NCBI GenBank assembly: GCA_964057225.1
Contig: OZ059899.1
Span: forward strand, 13,578,001 to 13,642,000
DNA length: 64,000 nt
Reading direction: 5' to 3'
Origin: Auanema rhodensis
Taxonomy: Eukaryota; Animalia; Nematoda
A program made the translations under genes and the position numbers. Position 1 is the stretch's first letter. The number at the start of each line of letters is the position of its first letter. Shown here in pieces: positions 51,403 to 64,000 of the stretch. Under the pieces are notes generated by a model. That model did not search any database. It was not told where the DNA came from and was given only the letters and a program-made list of their open reading frames with translations.

Positions 51403-51566
51403 GCCATGTGTTATGCATTGCGGTTACCGCCCGCGCTGTCGTTAGTCACATCCTGCAGTTGTCACAAAAGTATTTTCCATTTTTTTGGTTGAAAAAATTC
51501 CCGGTCCCAACCAATATGGGCATGAGAGGGTGAGCGACAGTATGACAGCGCGGGCAGAAACATGGC
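51403..51566 (+). other. GC-rich multi-stem RNA structure in the presumed eif-3.C 3'UTR
   Basis: Nested complementary pairs: 51403-51409/51560-51566, a perfect 12-bp stem 51429-51440/51544-51555, and 51485-51491/51508-51514. Confidence 0.7.
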
Positions 51567-52419
51567 ATTGTTGAATTTGTTTTTTTTTTATTTGGTTAAA
51601 ATATTGGTGTTTCAATCAGTAGTCTCGTTGTTTATCATATGTTAACTATATATGAATAGTTAACAGAGAAATCTTATAAATGATCAGAATGACTATGCTT
51701 TTTATTATTTTCTTTAACCTTTATCAGGTGATTTTACTAATTGTGACGTTAACATATGGTTGAATATGAATGGTAAAGATGTTATGAATATTTAGAAGAT
51801 ACATATTTTCGAAGAAAAGTATTTTATACTATTCTGGACATGAAAAACGTTTCCAATAATGACGACATGCTTGAACTAGCATAGCAACATCTCGTACTTT
51901 AGTGCAGATCAGACTTCAAACTTCTACTTGTTCTTCTCTGCTGCTTCAGCATGGTAATGCGATAAAATTCAATTTGGACAAATTAAATGCGTTAGTGTAT
52001 GGAATTATGACCTGAACTTGAAATTTGCTGTTGCAGTGCCTGGTCCCTCAATAGAATAAGCTGTTGCTATCGTTCATTTCTTTATTTTCTTCTTTCGATT
52101 TCGTTGTCATCAGAAACATTGCCAGAGGTTTTCATTGAAATGGACACGTGGCCTAAACATTTCGCGGAAATTATGGGATGTAACGATCTCACCGATTGCC
52201 TTGCACACGGTTATCAGTGTTGATTGTCCGATAAAACGTAGGAAAAATCATGTAATGAGAGAGAGAGAGCAAGACATACGAGACGGTAAGAAAGTCGTAA
52301 TGATGATAGACCGCCAATCCGGTCGTGTTTTCTTCATTAAGAAAGGGTACGACGAGCCCAACTAGTCAGAACTATCTGCAACTTCATTACAGAAGATACT
52401 GACGACGACAACGACAATC

Positions 52420-55400
52420 ATGGCGCCAAGTGTTGAGTTTTCAGAGGTAAGCGCCTTCTATTCCAATATAATTTTATTTTTTTACGTGAATTATTCAATT
52501 ATTAGTCTGATATGAAGTTATACATGAATGGCCTGAGGCTATTTCGCTTTTTGCACTTATTAATCTTAATTATTAGTGATTTGTTCTAAATATGGAGACA
52601 GCTGGTTGTAACAGATGTTCACATTTGTTTCCAAAGTAAAGAGCACCCTCTTTCATGTTCTACTCATGTGCTTCCTATGATTTATCCTTTCCACAGCTTA
52701 TTCTTCTTCTTTCTTCTCATTTCTTTTGTTAACTTTTTCGACTTATATCTCATTCGGTACTTTCAAATTAAGAAATTTTTGGAAATATGTTGAGATGCGT
52801 TATAAAGGACTGACAAGCTTCTATTTTCTTTATTTGACCGGAAATCAATAAAAATTTAAAAGATCTTTGTACGGAAATCCGGACTGGTTAGCGGATGAGG
52901 AAGCTAATTAGTTAGCTGGTTATGCAGAAAGCATTGTTGCCATGTCGTCCTTTACAACATGTGCTTTCCTTTAGCCTTCACCCTCTCTATCTTCCTTTTC
53001 GCTCTATTCCCTCTGCTGAGCAGTCACTCTCATGCTCCCCTCGCACTCCATATATATTTCTTTCTTCTCTCCCTGTTTCATATTCTTTTTGTGTTCATGA
53101 GAGTAGACTAAAAGCCAAAGGACGCTCTTATTGACAGTATTGACCCCATATATGTCAGCTCATAGAAGGATTACTCTATTCTGCCATTCCATACTTTCTC
53201 ACGGTCTCAGTAATCTACTGTCTATCTAATAATCCGTAGAACTAAAACATCGTTCGTTTATTTTTTTCGAATTTCCGTTTCTACAATCGTCTTTTGATAA
53301 TTTCTTCCAGTAATAACATAACTTATTAATTATTTTAAAACCAATTATTGAACATCAAAATAGCTTTGATTTCTCTATAAAATTTGATATTTGATAAACA
53401 TACCTTAAATATATATCTGATACATACATACAACCGGTCGTCGCGCAGTTTCATTTTAAAATAAAAAATGTTTTCGATTTTCACGTACACACGTCAAAAA
53501 CATTGATTTTTCATTTTGTTCATTTAATATGAACATATCTGAATTGTCTGTCAAGTTGTTTATGTCATGTAAACAAGTAATTAGCATATTTTGAAAAATC
53601 GAACATATTGAATGGCTTAGCTGAGAAGCTGCAGCGAATATAATGCTTATGAATGAGAAGTCGTTGAGTTCTCATTTTCACCAAACTTCTATATCTATAA
53701 TTATAAATGAAATATATAACATATAGCATATAGTATATAGTATATAAGATGCATTTAGAAGCTGAAGTAATCAGTTTTGCTGTTCATGTTACCATTTGTC
53801 ACTCTTTCATAGTTGTTATTCTTACTTTTTGGCAGGTTCTTTTCTGAAAAGACATCATTGAACGGTACTTGCAGCCGAACAATTTCATATCTTATGCTTA
53901 CTAATACTCTTTTCTTTCTCTACTCCTCCGTATTACACCCGATTAGTTTATTCGTATTTCGTAGTGTCAAACATGCTATTAAATGAAAAACTTATTTTTT
54001 TCTTCATTTCTTGGTCACCAATGACAAAAATGAGCAAATTATCAGCAAATTGTTAGGCCTTTTCTATGTATTATATAGCTTTTCTTGTCCACTTTTCATA
54101 AAAATTCAAATGAAAAACGTTTTAATAGCATTGTCAACAAGAATTTTGCCGTAATGATGAATAGATCGTATTAGTCGTCTGTTCGTCAAATATGGTTGAT
54201 TGAAATTTGGTTCTGAAGAAAAAAAAAGAAATTTATCTGATCTAAATGGCATTCATGCTCATTTTGTCATGGGAAATGAGCCAATAGATGTGAAATAGTG
54301 TGAAGAAAAATACGAATGATGACAGTAGATGTGAAAAGTTTTTATGCTTCTGCTTATGCTTATGCTTATGCTTATGCCTCTAGCTTCATATTTATGACTC
54401 ATCACTTCAGATTTTGCTCAAAATAGCACATGATAGTTGTTGCTCTAAATGACAATTCATCATCATTTCTTTAAATAGATTTCTACTTTTTTCCCAATTC
54501 CATCTAATTTTCTCTTTTGTCTTCTCTTTCTTCTACTTTGTTCCTTTTGTTACTTTCTTTATTCATCCTCCATCATTCGTCCTATCTTCATCCTCCTGTG
54601 CTTCTTGTCTGATTGGGCCAACGCGGCCTCACAAATTGAGCCAAATTACACTTGGTTTGTCCCATAAACGGCTTTTTCTCCTTTCTGCTTCATCCTTCAT
54701 CTTTCTTTCTCCCACCACTCTGTTTCCCTCTCCCTCTTTCCTTCGCTCTAGTCATTCGTCTTAGGTCTTCATCATACACACATACGACCACCACTACTCT
54801 CCTCATCTATCCTGGCTTCTTCCTTATAGTCTTATTCAAACTCAACTACTGTTTCTTCTACACTCAGTTTATTTTTCCTATTTTTTCGATTGCTATTCTC
54901 TCGAGCTGTCCGTCTATTGGCCATATTTTGAAATTTTCCACTGTTTACTTGTTTGAAAAAAACGAGTAAAATTGCAAAAAAATCAGAAAAAGCTAGGTTA
55001 TTCCTACCCATTCTTATCTTTCATCCAAAACTTTTCATCAATCTTCAGTATCATTCTTCTACTACAGCTTTCAGTCAGCATATTTTCACTATCTGTCTCT
55101 ATATCCCTAGTTACCTGGCACCCCCCCTCCCCCATCTCCTTCCTTCCGTTCTATATTTCTTGCTCACTTCTCAGACTGTTCGTGCTCATCAGACTCTCAT
55201 TCTCTCTTCTCTCTCAGCTCATTCCTCCTCATTCCAAGAAAGTTCGTTATTCTATGCGATATGACTCTTGCTAGCTCAGGTATAGATAGATCTTTGTTCA
55301 TTCTATTTTGAAATCTGTTTTGATACACGCTCATATACAGCATTGAGTATTCTTTCATCTCCAACAAGTAGCCTCTTTTCCCTTTTTAATCTTCTCTCTT

Positions 55401-56078
55401 ATTTCAATTTTTTGCTATCATTACTTATGCTGTAGTATATCTCATATCTCATGCATTTAACTCTTCTTTTCTTCATTCTATTTAGATTCTGAATATGAAT
55501 GATATTGCTAAGCTGAATAACTCATTGGAAACGTAACCTCTCTCCTTCACCTCTTTTCTCTCTCTCTCTCTCTCTCTCTTCCTCATCTCTTCAATCACTC
55601 ATGTACATATTTCAACATTTCATCATTCTATTCTCATTAATTTACTACTTAAATGTGTATAGTTAACATATATTATTCTCTTTCTCATCTTATATCATCT
55701 GTCCAATATTCCTCCATTTCTGTTGTTTTCTTCTCCCTTCTCCTATACGTGTCGAAAAATATTTTTTTTTCTTCAACAATCATTGCATCACTCAACAGCC
55801 CTAACATGGTACTTTTCATTTTACCTACAAGCTTTGTCTTCCGCTCCTTCTGTTCTCTGACCTTTTTTCTACGTTTGCTGGACTTTTAGCATCTCCTCCG
55901 CTACTACTTCTCTCTTCTTCCTCCTTCTCTTTTGTCTGAAGTATAACGAATGATCAAGAGAACACAGTCTGAGCACAGCGAGCATAATCCATTAAATTGA
56001 CTTTCAACAGACAATTCTCGTTCTTATGAAAGACCTTCAAAGCATATGCCTTTCTTTCCTATAAGTTCCAACTCTTTA

Positions 56079-56167
<89 letters not shown>

Positions 56168-57419
56168 TCTCTCTCTAATGCTCTAGTGCTTACTTCACTT
56201 TCCGGTTTTTCGTTCATACTTTTTAACTTTGAAACATCTTTTTCTTAAATATTTCATCTAATTGGCGTAATTTCTTTTCCTTTGTTGCTCTGTACCTCTA
56301 TCTTTCTTGCTTTCTCTCTCTCTTTATCTCATAGATTATAAGATTATCATAGATAATCTTTTCATATCATATTACAATTCGTATACTATTGGATTAGGTC
56401 ATGGATAGATAACTATGTCATATAGTTAGCTAGATAGAATAGTTGAATGAGGATAATATACTGAAGGGAACACGAACATCTTCTCTGTTTTTCAGATAAA
56501 CTCTTTCTAAAGCTTCTTAAAGTTCCTCTCAAGTTTTCCTCAAAATTAAAACCATTAAAGAAGAAAAAGTTTAGAAGAAAAGCTAGTCGATGAAAGAGAG
56601 TGCAAATGAAATTCCAAAAGAGAGAGAGAGAGAGAGGTAGAGAGGTAGAGCTGGAGAATACAAAAAAGGGTAACATTGAAAGGAGACGAAGGAAAAGAGA
56701 GAAAGCCCATGTTAGATCATGAGGCTTGTAGAGAATGCAACGAAAGTAGAAGAATGCCATAGCGACCGACAACTCGCACCCCTTTACCCTAGGGTCTTGG
56801 CTCTCTTGCTCGTTCCCTCAGGCAATCTTGAGCACGAGTTCTCCAGGTTCAAGAGGAAATTGTGTTTTCTTCTTGGTATCCTTATATTGGACACACGTAT
56901 GTCGTAATAGACTTCAGTTGCCAGCCAAAATTGCATGTGTCTAAGATCAAAGATACCAACTTGGATTTTTTTAATTTTCGAAATGTTGAACCGATTATTC
57001 AGCTCTCCTTTTCACTTCTCTCTCTCTCTTTCTCTCTCTCTTTCTTTATCTCTCTCTCTTTCTTTATCTCTCTCTCTCTCTCTCTCTCTAGCTTGTTCGC
57101 AGTGTACTCCTTGCAATATTATAAAATCTAAAGCATGAAATTGAGTTTGTTTTCGTAGTTGTTCACCACCATATGAAAGAAAGAGTTGTAATCTTGTGTT
57201 TGGCGTCACAGAAATTTATTAGTTACAATTCTTTTTTTTTGCTTGCTGCTTAACAAGAAGCTGTTATTTATCTGTTTGAAAACTTGGAGATTTTTATTCT
57301 GCATCTAACTCATCAACTAAAATAGTTATTTTGTCAACTGAAGTTGCATTTGGTACAACCTCCTCTCTTTCTTTCTCATGTAAAGAAGTGAATATTCGGA
57401 TTCCCATAACGAGATATAT

Positions 57420-57493
<74 letters not shown>

Positions 57494-58825
57494 GAGATGA
57501 AAATGAACTAAGAGCGATAGGTACGTAATTTGAAATATTGAGAAGCTAGCAGATATTAAACAGGAAGGTCGGTTCAAGAACAATTTACAAATAAACTCTC
57601 AAAATAAGAGCAAAATGGGATGAAATAGAGATAATCTATTCAGATAATAACATTCCTTTTATTTTTTCAGTTTTTTTGTTATTTTGCAATCTGACAATTT
57701 GATAAAACTTGAGATAAGTCTTCTGCTTCTCTTCCTCGTTTCACTCCCCACCTCTCCTCCCTCCCTCCCTCTCTCTCTCTCCCTCCTTCTCTTTTACTGA
57801 CACTCGTTTTCTCTTGGCAAATTTAAACTGCTTTGGACATTTTTGGTTGCAGAATATTTGTATTTTTTTCCGTTTTTACAGCGAAAACTCTCTTGTTCAT
57901 CATTTTTTCGAAACAATTCAAAAATATGTCAAATTTGAAATAATTTTACTTGTTTTGTACTAATTTATTCATAACAATACATTTTCTCAGAGATTTGTTT
58001 CTCTAAATCTGAACACAAGGTCATTCGGATTCGGCTTCTGAGTAAAAGCGGGACTGTGGGCAATCAATGCGCTTTCCGTCTTCTTGCGCATATTAGCAAT
58101 TGGTTGTCCCTTGAGGCGATGAAAGGCTATAGGCTCAGCCTATTTGGATTTTCTCTTCTGACTCCATTCGACATACTCCTCGTCTACATAGTTTTTACTC
58201 TTTTCCCAGTCTTCTATTTAGCTGTATATCTCTGATAATTTTACAATAATTGCATGGAAATATCAAAGAACTGTCGTGACTTTGTTCTGGATTTTGATGT
58301 TTGTTGTGTTTCTTCTGTACTTTTAGCACATTTCCGTTTTAATTTGATATTCCCATGGGAGCCGTAAGGACCATTTATCAAGGACCAACATATTTCCTTC
58401 CTCTCTCTTCGTCTCTCTGATCACATCTCTTTATCGCTTTGCTTCTCTCTCTCTCACTCTTCTTCTCTCTTTCTTGTTGTCGAACTCTTTACTCCTTACG
58501 ATGTTTCATGTGCTTTATGCCATTTAGAAGGGATGAGTCTTTTCCCTAGGGTTTTTTCATTGGAACGTTTGTTTCATTTCCTCTTTCACACTATTCAGTC
58601 TGCCATTCCTCTTGTCTGATCTATCTCAATTTTCCTTCAACTTACACGGAAAATTACATTTTTTTTCCAACTACTTAGCTCTCAGCTTCAAGCATTCCAC
58701 TTCTTACTCCATTTGTGATCTTCTCGTTCTTTCGTTTCTTCAACTCTACTATGCTTTGTGTAAGAAGTTCTTGATTCTCTCCGTTATAAATGCCAAGTAT
58801 GTATATATACGTATGTAAATCTCTC

Positions 58826-58861
<36 letters not shown>

Positions 58862-59750
58862 TGAATATTCTCATCGGCATGTGTTCTCAACATGTGTTCT
58901 CCTTCCCTCTTCTCTCTCTCTTTCTCAAAGCCTAGCATGTTCTTTTTGAACTGAGTAACTTTGTGATGTTCGAAATACAAGCAGTGATCTAATTTCTCTT
59001 CGTTTCAACATGTCAAGTTGGTCATCTTTTAAGAAAGCATAGATCTTTAAATTTCCGCAACAAATTCGCATTATTCATTGATTTTGGTGCTTTTATGATA
59101 TCTTCTGATCCGTCATGTAGTCGCTCTCTGCCAACATGACTTTGGAGGCATTTGAGTCATATTTGTTGAGTTTCCAATTTCATCTTCATTATTCAGTTTT
59201 GTGCCAGCTTTCCCGAAGCACATATCGCATTTAGAGACAGTTTATAAGATTCCAAAATACATCTGATTCATAATAATCGCATAACTTTCATCCAAAATTT
59301 GTCATTTGCTGTTTGAACAATTATGTTTTGTTCCCTGGTTCTCATGAGCCATTTGTCGTATATGAAATCAATTCATTCTCTAAACTTCTTTCTTTTTCAG
59401 TTGAAATATCAAACTGGATTCGGAAATGAATTTGCTTCAGCCGATGAACGTGTGCCTGATGCTCTGCCAGTTGGCAAAAATTCTCCACAGGTTAGTAGTA
59501 GCAAATGAGTTGAATAGTAGAAGCCTACACACACACACACACACACATACATACACACATAGACATCATTCACAACTGATGAGTCTGCAACATAGCATTA
59601 GCTAATGTTGTCCTTAGGATTCAAATGACAGCAAAAAATATTTTTTTTTCAGAAGTGCCCACATGGGCTATATGCTGAACAGCTAAGTGGAACAGCATTT
59701 ACTGCTCCTCGGGTTTCTAACAGACGCAGGTAATTTTCATAAATTTATTT

Positions 59751-59784
<34 letters not shown>

Positions 59785-62323
59785 CGTCTCATATCTCTGT
59801 TATTCCTTCTTTCCAATTGAAATTTCCAATTTCAATGTCGTTCTTTTTGAATTAATGAGATTATGAATATGACGAATATCTAAGTATTTACAATACTTTT
59901 CATTCAATTTCAGCCATCTGTGCTCAGGATTTTATTTAAAAGAATATGAAAGCTTTTTCATATTTTAATTTATAGTCAATATATTATCCATCTATCTATC
60001 TATCTATCTATCTTATTTATTTTTTTCTTATTTCATTAATAAAATATTTGTTTAGAATTCCTTGAATACTTTGATGTTGAACTAAATTTAAATAAATCTT
60101 GTTATTTGCCCTTTAAACGCCATGAAATTCCCCCATGTCATTACATACGTATGAACTTCTTTTCAACAACTTCTACAGCTTATGCTCAATCTAATCGTTT
60201 CTCTCAACCTCCCTTTCTCACTTTCTCTCTCCTTACCTTCATCTTTACCCTCTCGGCGCTCAACTAATTGTCTTTTCTTTTACAGTTGGCTTTATCGTAT
60301 CCGACCTTCCGTTATTCATCGACCTTTTGCTGAGCAGAAAGTCAACCAATTCACCAACTCGTTCTCGGATTGTGCAGCAAATCCAAATCAATACCGTTGG
60401 CATCCACATCCATTACCAAAGCAGGAAAATGTTGATTTCGTTGAGGTATAACTATATATATTTCTATTTCTTAACTATAACTAACTATATGATTATAGAG
60501 TCTTTATACAGTTTGTGGAGGAGGTGATGTTATTTCCAGAAATGGCTTATCTATTCATTTGTATTCCTGTAACACATCTATGGAATCTAGTGCATTTTAC
60601 AACGCTGATGGGGATTTCTTAATTGGTTTGTATAACCTATATCATATAGTTAAACGTCTGAACTTGTTTTATACCTAGTTATCAAACTTATTTTATACAA
60701 TGAATTACAAACCTTAAAAACTTAAAATGAAAACAAGCTGAATGATTCGGTTTCAGTTCCTCAACAAGGAGCTCTTGAAGTTACAACTGAATTTGGACGT
60801 TTGCTTGTCGAACCTCAGCAAATCATTGTCATTCCACAAGGAATTCGCTTTTCCGTCGGTGTTAACGGACCATCACGTGGATATATTCTTGAAGTATATG
60901 GAACTCATTTCCAACTTCCAGATCTTGGACCAATTGGTGCGTATTTGGCTTTAATTTATCTTATAAAGCTACTGAATTCTTTAGGCGCTAATGGCTTAGC
61001 TAATCCACGCGACTTTGAAACACCAGTTGCTTGGTTCGAAGATGTCGATAAGCCATTCACAATCATCAGCAAATATCAGGGAGCTTTCTTCCATGCTGAA
61101 CAGGTAATCCTCTTTTCCCCACAAAATAAAACGTCATTTCCTTCTTGATATATGAATAAAATTGAATATATTATATTTCATTAACTTAAAACTACTGATA
61201 TTGCTTGCTTTCTGTTCTGAATTGCGTGACAAGTTGCTTGAATCGAACGCTCTGGTGCACGTGAACTTCTAACTTCTCTTACACCGATATGCTATACGTA
61301 ACCTTTTCACGTGGCTTATAAAGTAAAAGTTCACGTATTGAATGAATGCAAGTAGTTGTTGTCTTCACTCCATACGTGAACTTTTACTTTGACACGTAAA
61401 ATGCGCGCGTAGTTTAAAAAACAAAAATCATTGAAGCATAGTTGCAGTTGCTGATGAGCTTTATTTTGAGTTGCAGCTGAGACTCCAACTTAAGCAAAGC
61501 TTTGTAACCAACCTTTCTTTAACTTTTGCAACTCATGTTTGCATCCATCTTGCATTTCAAAGTTTGAAGAAATTTCTTAAGCCCCTGTTACAATGCTCAT
61601 AATCCTATAGACATGTATACGTTTTTCAAATAAATTTTTATTTCTTCAGGATCATTCTCCATTTGATGTTGTTGCTTGGCATGGAAACTATGTTCCATAT
61701 CGCTATGATTTACGTCGTTTCAACGTCATCAACACGGTTTCCTTCGATCACTGTGTAAGCAAATCATTTCAAAATTTATGTTCTTACTTGTTTCATTACA
61801 GGATCCTTCAATCTTTACCGTTTTAACTGCTCCATCCGTTAAGCATGGTACTGCTATTGCTGATTTCGTGATTTTCCCTCCTCGTTGGGGTGTAGCTGAT
61901 GATACCTTCCGACCACCATACTATCATCGTAACTGCATGTCTGAGTACATGGGATTGATTTCTGGCGTCTATGAAGCTAAGGAAGGCGGTTTCCGTCCAG
62001 GAGGTAAGCATACTCAAACGAACTCTTAGTTTTATGAACAATAATTTGAGGTGGATCACTTCACTCTATCATGACACCCCACGGACCAGATTTCACTTGC
62101 TTCGAGAAGGCTTCCAACGACGATTTGAAACCAGCACGTGTAGCTGATGGCACCATGGTAAATCAAGAATATTGTAATGAAAAAATAATTGTAATTACAG
62201 TCATTTATGTTTGAAAGTTCCTTGAATATGGCTATTACCAACTGGGCTCAAACAGATAATGTTGACGTGGATTACTATAAGGATTGGCAGCCATTGAAGA
62301 AGCACTTCGTTCTACCCAAATAA
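52420..62323 (+). CDS. hgo-1: Homogentisate 1,2-dioxygenase
   Basis: Exons 52420-52446, 59401-59490, 59653-59729, 60286-60445, 60499-60625, 60757-60936, 60985-61103, 61650-61754, 61802-62003, 62051-62157, 62201-62323. Motifs: [75 protein letters not shown]. First exon MAPSVEFSE is inferred from phase and a GTAAGC donor. Confidence 0.97.
54343..54377. repeat. (TATGCT)n hexamer tandem repeat
   Basis: About 6 units, one imperfect. Confidence 0.85.
56084..56176. repeat. (CT)n microsatellite
   Basis: Directly visible, with two CC interruptions. Confidence 0.95.
57422..57489. repeat. (AG)n microsatellite
   Basis: Directly visible. Confidence 0.95.
61320..61390. repeat. Perfect 19-bp inverted repeat with 33-nt spacer in an hgo-1 intron
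   Basis: AAAGTAAAAGTTCACGTAT (61320-61338) and ATACGTGAACTTTTACTTT (61372-61390). Confidence 0.9.
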
Positions 62324-62477
62324 GTTAAGAAAGAAGAAGAGTTTTTTCTCTTTTTCAAATACTATATAAGGAATATATATATATATTATATTTTTTCTTT
62401 ACTATTACATCATATATGTTTTCAAATGATTTAGTTTTATCCCAAATATCTCCCTGGCCCCGTCTCCACTCTCTCTC

Positions 62478-62521
<44 letters not shown>

Positions 62522-62741
62522 CTTTCTCTAAAACTTCTGTGCCTATATCTATATCTATACTATATATTTTACTCTTTTTAACTCATAATAAACGTTTAAA
62601 AACATTAATTATTCTGTTAACTATTACATAGAATGTTATATAAGAGTTCATAACTCTTTAAATATATTTTATATTCTCTTTTAATATCGTTTTCTATTGC
62701 TTTTTCTTTATTATTAATAAGATTTTTCATTATTTTAGTCC

Positions 62742-63677
62742 ATGAATGTATCTCCCATTGCTTCAACTACATCTAATGGTTACGTCAAATACCAAATAAA
62801 GCCATCAGGTTCATTCATTTTCTTCAAATAACATCATTGTTTATCATTTATATAGGAATGCCACGTATTCTTGCTGAAGATGCTGATGTATTTTCATTAG
62901 AAGATCATGATGAGGAGCCACGAGATGTTCAAGATGAACGAAATAGGTAAGTGTTATGTTGTATTCCAAGTTTGTGTTTCAATCCCCGTTTCTCTCTCTC
63001 TCTCTCTCTCTGTTCTGCCAGCTTTAAGCTGATTTTTCAATGTCTGTTGTTTAGCCAGACAATAATCTGCTTTTTCCACGAAAAGCATCATTTCGAGATA
63101 TAACTGAAAATAGATATTACTAATCGTTTGACGTCATTCAAATCAATGATCTCCTATTCCTCCCCCTCCTACTAGTTCTGTCTTTTTCTAATAAAATTTT
63201 AAAAATCAAATCAAATTTAATCTTATAAAACAAAAATTTAAATTTATAAATTCTAGATTACCTGTTAAAGAAGAAGAAAAATCACGTTTATTTGACTGTC
63301 CATTAGATAGTGATGATGAAAAAGAAGATGAAGAAGAACAAATGTCTAAACTTCGTAATGGTGATGATCGTCAGAATACACGTTCACATCGTAAGTCGTT
63401 TTCATCTGAATTTCTTATTCACAACAACTTATCGCAGAAGCTGTTGGAAGCAAAAAGGAATGTAGTCGATTAACTGATTCATTTGACTTGGATGGAGATT
63501 CTCTATCAGATGAATTAGATTTACTTCCACCAATGCCAGGTGCACCAAATGCAAATTCATCATGGATGAATAAGTAATATCATATACTATATCTATATAG
63601 TTAATATAATTAATTTTAGATTTCATCGTTTAAACTGCTGTAATCCTCGAATACCGAATAAATGTGTGATTCAATAA
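62742..63677 (+). CDS. FAM219-like small acidic protein with C-terminal CaaX box
   Basis: Exons 62742-62808, 62856-62946, 63257-63390, 63438-63573, 63620-63677, all phase-consistent. EKSRLFDCPLDSDDE, DELDLLPP and CC...CVIQ* resemble the recalled FAM219A/B pattern (DSDDD...DLDLIPP...CC...CHIQ). Confidence 0.8.
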
Positions 63678-64000
63678 CAAACGGATAGTTCATTCATCTC
63701 AACTTATCTACTCAACTCTCAACTTATTCACGCTCCTATCTTATTTCAAAAATTATAACTTTATAGGATCTAATCACTATAATCCTTCATATTAATCAAC
63801 TTGTTCATCAATTTCTCATTAATTTTGATCTTATTTTCCATAATTCATCTCTTGAATGTACGGGTATCATTCTATTATTTCTGATCTCTCACTCACGACT
63901 AGTCCTACTACTTTTGATCTTATTTCACAAACTTTTTCTCCATTAATCTTAATTATATGCTCAAATTGCAATAATCATATTATTATTTTTTTAATAATAA

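Noticed and set aside
58058-58110. Possible pre-miRNA hairpin in hgo-1 intron 1
   Set aside because: The stem is split by a large asymmetric bulge, and no known nematode miRNA seed was recognised.

Overview
AT-rich eukaryotic DNA with many 42-55 nt introns, TTTTCAG-type acceptors and abundant (CT)n tracts. The genes resemble C. elegans genes, so this is most likely a rhabditid (clade V) nematode; the species cannot be named from this window. Seven spliced genes can be reconstructed by eye: a Snail-family zinc finger gene (-), a secreted 10-Cys three-finger/LU-like protein, scpl-1 (small CTD phosphatase), an SLC36-like amino-acid transporter, eif-3.C, hgo-1 and a FAM219-like CaaX protein (all +). 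scpl-1 spans at least 15 kb and possibly 27 kb, with several alternative first exons that the ORF track misses. The interval ~5.6-11.4 kb is a rearranged accessory zone. It holds an 821-bp near-perfect direct duplication, two related TA-flanked Tc1/mariner-like MITEs, a truncated Maverick/Polinton-type cysteine protease, decayed intronless ORFs, and a copy of the neighbouring gene's 5' end fused to a MITE. Other observations: a GC-rich multi-stem structure after the eif-3.C stop, relaxed splice signals (GAG and AAG acceptors, one GC donor), a dispersed TACGTGAA palindrome family, and a possible hgo-1/FAM219-like operon. All family assignments come from recalled motifs; no search was run. No rRNA, tRNA or CRISPR array was recognised.
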